Shown: positions 61,492-64,000 of the stretch, piece by piece | Position numbering within the stretch: the first letter of the stretch is position 1 | Layout: every line of letters starts with the position of its first letter | Source of the DNA: an uncultured Candidatus Berkelbacteria bacterium | GTDB lineage: Bacteria; Patescibacteriota; UBA1384; CAJBMM01 | Assembly (NCBI GenBank): GCA_903954185.1 | Contig: CAJBMM010000005.1 | Location: 1,768 to 65,767, forward strand | Direction of reading: 5' to 3' | Length of the DNA stretch: 64,000 bases | Translations under genes and position numbers: made by a program | The notes under the pieces: model-generated | Database searches by the model: none | Seen by the model: only the letters and a program-made list of their open reading frames with translations | What the model was told of the DNA's origin: nothing

Positions 61492-62598
61492 TTAGCTGGA
61501 TAAATAAATTCTTTTTACAGATTCTGGAATGCGCGTTACCACTTCGTAAGTATTTGTATCTAAAATTTTTGCAACCTCATCAACCGTAATTTCCTGCCTA
61601 CCCTGTTTACCAATTACCACCACTTCTTTGCCTATGTGCAATTTAGAACTTATACGAACTGAGGATAAATCTACGATAGTTTGCCCCATGCATATTCTAC
61701 CAATGACAGGACATTTCCACTCATCGATTAGAACATAACCCTTGTTAGAAAGGCCCCTGTCGTAACCATGAGCGTAACCTATTGGCAAAATACCGATATT
61801 CATATCGGCAGCTGCGGTAAAGGTTTGCATATACCCCACCTTGGCACCTTTTTTAATACGCTTAATTTGTGCAAGCTTTGTTTTTAATGATAACGCAGGC
61901 TCTAACCCTTCGCCATTTGGCTTATAGCCGTAAAGGGCAATTCCAGGACGCACGGCGTCAAAATGATACTCATTTGATTTAAATAGAATACCAGATTTGG
62001 CCATATGGACAGCAGGCACTAAAAACCCATTCCTTTGCAAATCAAACAAACACTTTTGCATAGAGCTAAATTGCTCTGCGACAAAACTCTCATCGTCTTC
62101 ATCGGCAAAGTGAGAATAAATACCATCTACTCGTAAATATGGCAATCGCATAATTTGCGGCACAACTTTATCTACATCTTCGGCTGCAATACCAAGCCTA
62201 CTCATTCCTGTATCAATTTTTATGTGAACCCGAAGTGGTTTCTTTATTTTAGATGCGGCGCTGTTCAGTGCCTCTGCTTGCATTAAATCGTATACCGTGA
62301 TTGTGACTTTTTTATCAATACATATTTCAACGTTCTCAATGTCGGTATAACTTAAATTAAGGATGGATTTTGAAATTCCATTATTACGAAGATCTAACGC
62401 CTCAGCGATGCTAGTCACCGCAAACATATCTATTCCAGATTTTTCTAGTACTTTCGATACTTCGATCAAACCATGTCCATAAGCATTAGATTTAACCACA
62501 CCAATAACCCCAGTGCCTGATAATAATGATTTATTAATAACACCAAGGTTATTTTGTATTGCTAATAAATTAATCTCTGCCCATACGTCACTATTCAT
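61492..62598 (-). CDS. alr: alanine racemase
   Basis: PLP-lysine motif VVKSNAYGHG. TIM-barrel plus C-terminal beta domain. 368 aa. Confidence 0.85.
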   Translation of the reverse strand: MNSDVWAEINLLAIQNNLGVINKSLLSGTGVIGVVKSNAYGHGLIEVSKVLEKSGIDMFAVTSIAEALDLRNNGISKSILNLSYTDIENVEICIDKKVTITVYDLMQAEALNSAASKIKKPLRVHIKIDTGMSRLGIAAEDVDKVVPQIMRLPYLRVDGIYSHFADEDDESFVAEQFSSMQKCLFDLQRNGFLVPAVHMAKSGILFKSNEYHFDAVRPGIALYGYKPNGEGLEPALSLKTKLAQIKRIKKGAKVGYMQTFTAAADMNIGILPIGYAHGYDRGLSNKGYVLIDEWKCPVIGRICMGQTIVDLSSVRISSKLHIGKEVVVIGKQGRQEITVDEVAKILDTNTYEVVTRIPESVKRIYLSS

Positions 62599-63329
62599 AA
62601 TTCTACCTTCATTTTATTTCCTATTATTTCATATCTTTGTAATTTTGCGACTTTATCTAACTCTATAACTAGATTATCATCTAATTTAATTCGCTCAAGC
62701 ATATTAATATCACATTCTTGAATTAAACGTAGTAATTTTATTCCGCTAGCACTAATATTAATGCATATTTCACCCCTATTATGATTTTTGCAGACAATCC
62801 CGCCTAGTCTAATATCAATAAAATTATTAGTTTCCACCAGTTCTTCTCTACCAACTACGCATTTTTGCACTTCTAGTTGATAGCCGCTAGTACTATATAG
62901 TTCTAACTCATATATTGCTAATCGACTATAAGTACCTTGCGCGTTAATTGAGCTCAAACCCTTTATAATCACCTCGTAAATGTTAAGGTTACGCTCTGAA
63001 TCGTGAATAATTTTATCAATAATCTCTAACCATAGAAAAAGTTTTCGCATAACAATTAGGTCTTTGTAGTCATAGTAAGTTTCTGTTTTCGCAACTGTCA
63101 TAATATACAAATCTTTACCTGTTACAAATTCAAAGTTAATAATATTGCCAACTTCTAAATGACCAGATTTACGGCTGGTTGATTTTCTTGAACCTTTTGC
63201 TATAGCAGAAATCTTACCCAATTCACGAGTATAAATGGTCAAAATTCTATCCGCCTCACCATATTCTGTGCGTTTTAAAATTATTCCAGGAGTTGCGATG
63301 TTTTGCATAGCCATAACATACCAAACCAA
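62595..63329 (-). CDS. recO: DNA repair protein RecO
   Basis: N-terminal OB fold GIILKRTEYGEADRILTIYTRELGKISAIAKGSRKS and C-terminal Cys/His-containing domain. 4-nt overlap with alr. Confidence 0.8.
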   Translation of the reverse strand: MVWYVMAMQNIATPGIILKRTEYGEADRILTIYTRELGKISAIAKGSRKSTSRKSGHLEVGNIINFEFVTGKDLYIMTVAKTETYYDYKDLIVMRKLFLWLEIIDKIIHDSERNLNIYEVIIKGLSSINAQGTYSRLAIYELELYSTSGYQLEVQKCVVGREELVETNNFIDIRLGGIVCKNHNRGEICINISASGIKLLRLIQECDINMLERIKLDDNLVIELDKVAKLQRYEIIGNKMKVEL

Positions 63330-63520
63330 TCAGCTATTTAACACCCCTCGGATGTTTGTTTTGTACACCTTAAAGGCGGGTTCTACCTGACACCTTTAAG
63401 GTGTAGAAATTTAAGGCAAAAGAATAGGCCGGCTCCGAGTGGAGCCGACCGTTGGTCAGGCCATGGCAGTATCACTGCCCCAGACTGCGCTTAAGCTCGG
63501 GCTTAAGAATATAGAAGGGG

Positions 63521-63931
63521 CTATGAAACCGCCAATACTGGCTTGCTGCCTATCGCTTTTTCAACGTTGGCAATCTCAGCAAGCACTGCCCGGGCTATTG
63601 TAACCAAGGCATCATCTCGATAATCCGCAAGCAGCCTGATTGCATCAACCGCCTGCGTATACACTTCGGCGTCATCAATCGGTCGCTGCTTGTTGAACCG
63701 ATCGAAATAATGCAACCGGCGCGCCAATGCCCGCAAGACGTATTGCGCCTTTATATAGTCCGAGCTACACCCAAATTTCGTCGGTAGGTTGTTGACAGAA
63801 TCAATCAATCCCGCCGTCCCCATTCGGTTAACCTCACATGCATGAGGTATCGTCGCTACTTCGCAAATTGTCAACGCATCTCCCCTTCCATGTTTTTTCA
63901 GGTACTTAGGGTAGTGGGCCCTAAAAAACAA
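63521..63931 (-). CDS. hypothetical protein in a third GC-elevated island
   Basis: ORF sits in the ~50% GC segment from ~63385 to the window end. Left flank carries the gcgcttaagc motif shared with the other GC-rich islands. Confidence 0.3.
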   Translation of the reverse strand: MFFRAHYPKYLKKHGRGDALTICEVATIPHACEVNRMGTAGLIDSVNNLPTKFGCSSDYIKAQYVLRALARRLHYFDRFNKQRPIDDAEVYTQAVDAIRLLADYRDDALVTIARAVLAEIANVEKAIGSKPVLAVS

Positions 63932-64000
63932 AAATCCTCGAATCTTTTCGAGGAGTCATGCTTTTTTATTTCCCACCTAAATCTTCTTAAAGCAAAACTC

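Overview
This is an AT-rich bacterial chromosomal window, roughly mid-30s % GC by eye, with a reduced gene repertoire. It resembles a CPR/Patescibacteria-type genome; that lineage guess is inference only. It uses the standard genetic code, since long ORFs are not broken by TGA.

Layout by coordinate:
- 0.2-10 kb: a type IV pilus operon on the minus strand. It has a giant PilB/GspE ATPase, PilN/PilO-like proteins, a broken four-helix-bundle (Avd/IVS-like) gene and two large secreted or surface proteins (588 aa, and 953 aa Gly-rich with a DUF11-like C-terminus).
- 10-15 kb: an NRAMP-like transporter, a fused N+C transketolase whose linker is a repeat insertion, and a PspC plus LiaF-like membrane pair.
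- 15-24.5 kb: an accessory-looking stretch around a relic tRNA/ribosomal backbone. It holds Nudix, an Lnu(A)-like lincosamide nucleotidyltransferase, tRNA-Trp, rpmG, dCMP deaminase, a P-loop kinase, tRNA-Thr/Tyr/Thr, a coiled-coil protein, a ~62% GC foreign island, an IS30-family element and a Fic protein with a degenerate motif fused to a MerR HTH.
- 24.5-36 kb: housekeeping genes (zinc ribbon, TPR, holB-like, M50 protease, rpmB, tRNA-Pro, argS, tyrS) mixed with hypotheticals, one with beta-carbonic-anhydrase-like motifs.
- 36-63 kb: PBP1A, a second GC-rich island, then yacL-radA-recJ and a compacted dcw cluster (ftsQ-murB-murC-murG-ftsW-murD-[secreted metalloprotease pair]-mraY-ftsI-ftsL-rsmH-mraZ) that lacks murE/murF/ddl/ftsA/ftsZ. 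After that come glyQS, alr, recO and a third GC-rich island.

Intergenic regions are saturated with at least two families of modular palindromic dispersed repeats (MITE/RPE-like), one copy of which sits in frame inside the transketolase, plus heptamer microsatellites such as (TAGTCAT)n. No CRISPR array, reverse transcriptase or rRNA was seen. All protein calls rest on motif recognition by eye; none was verified by a database search.
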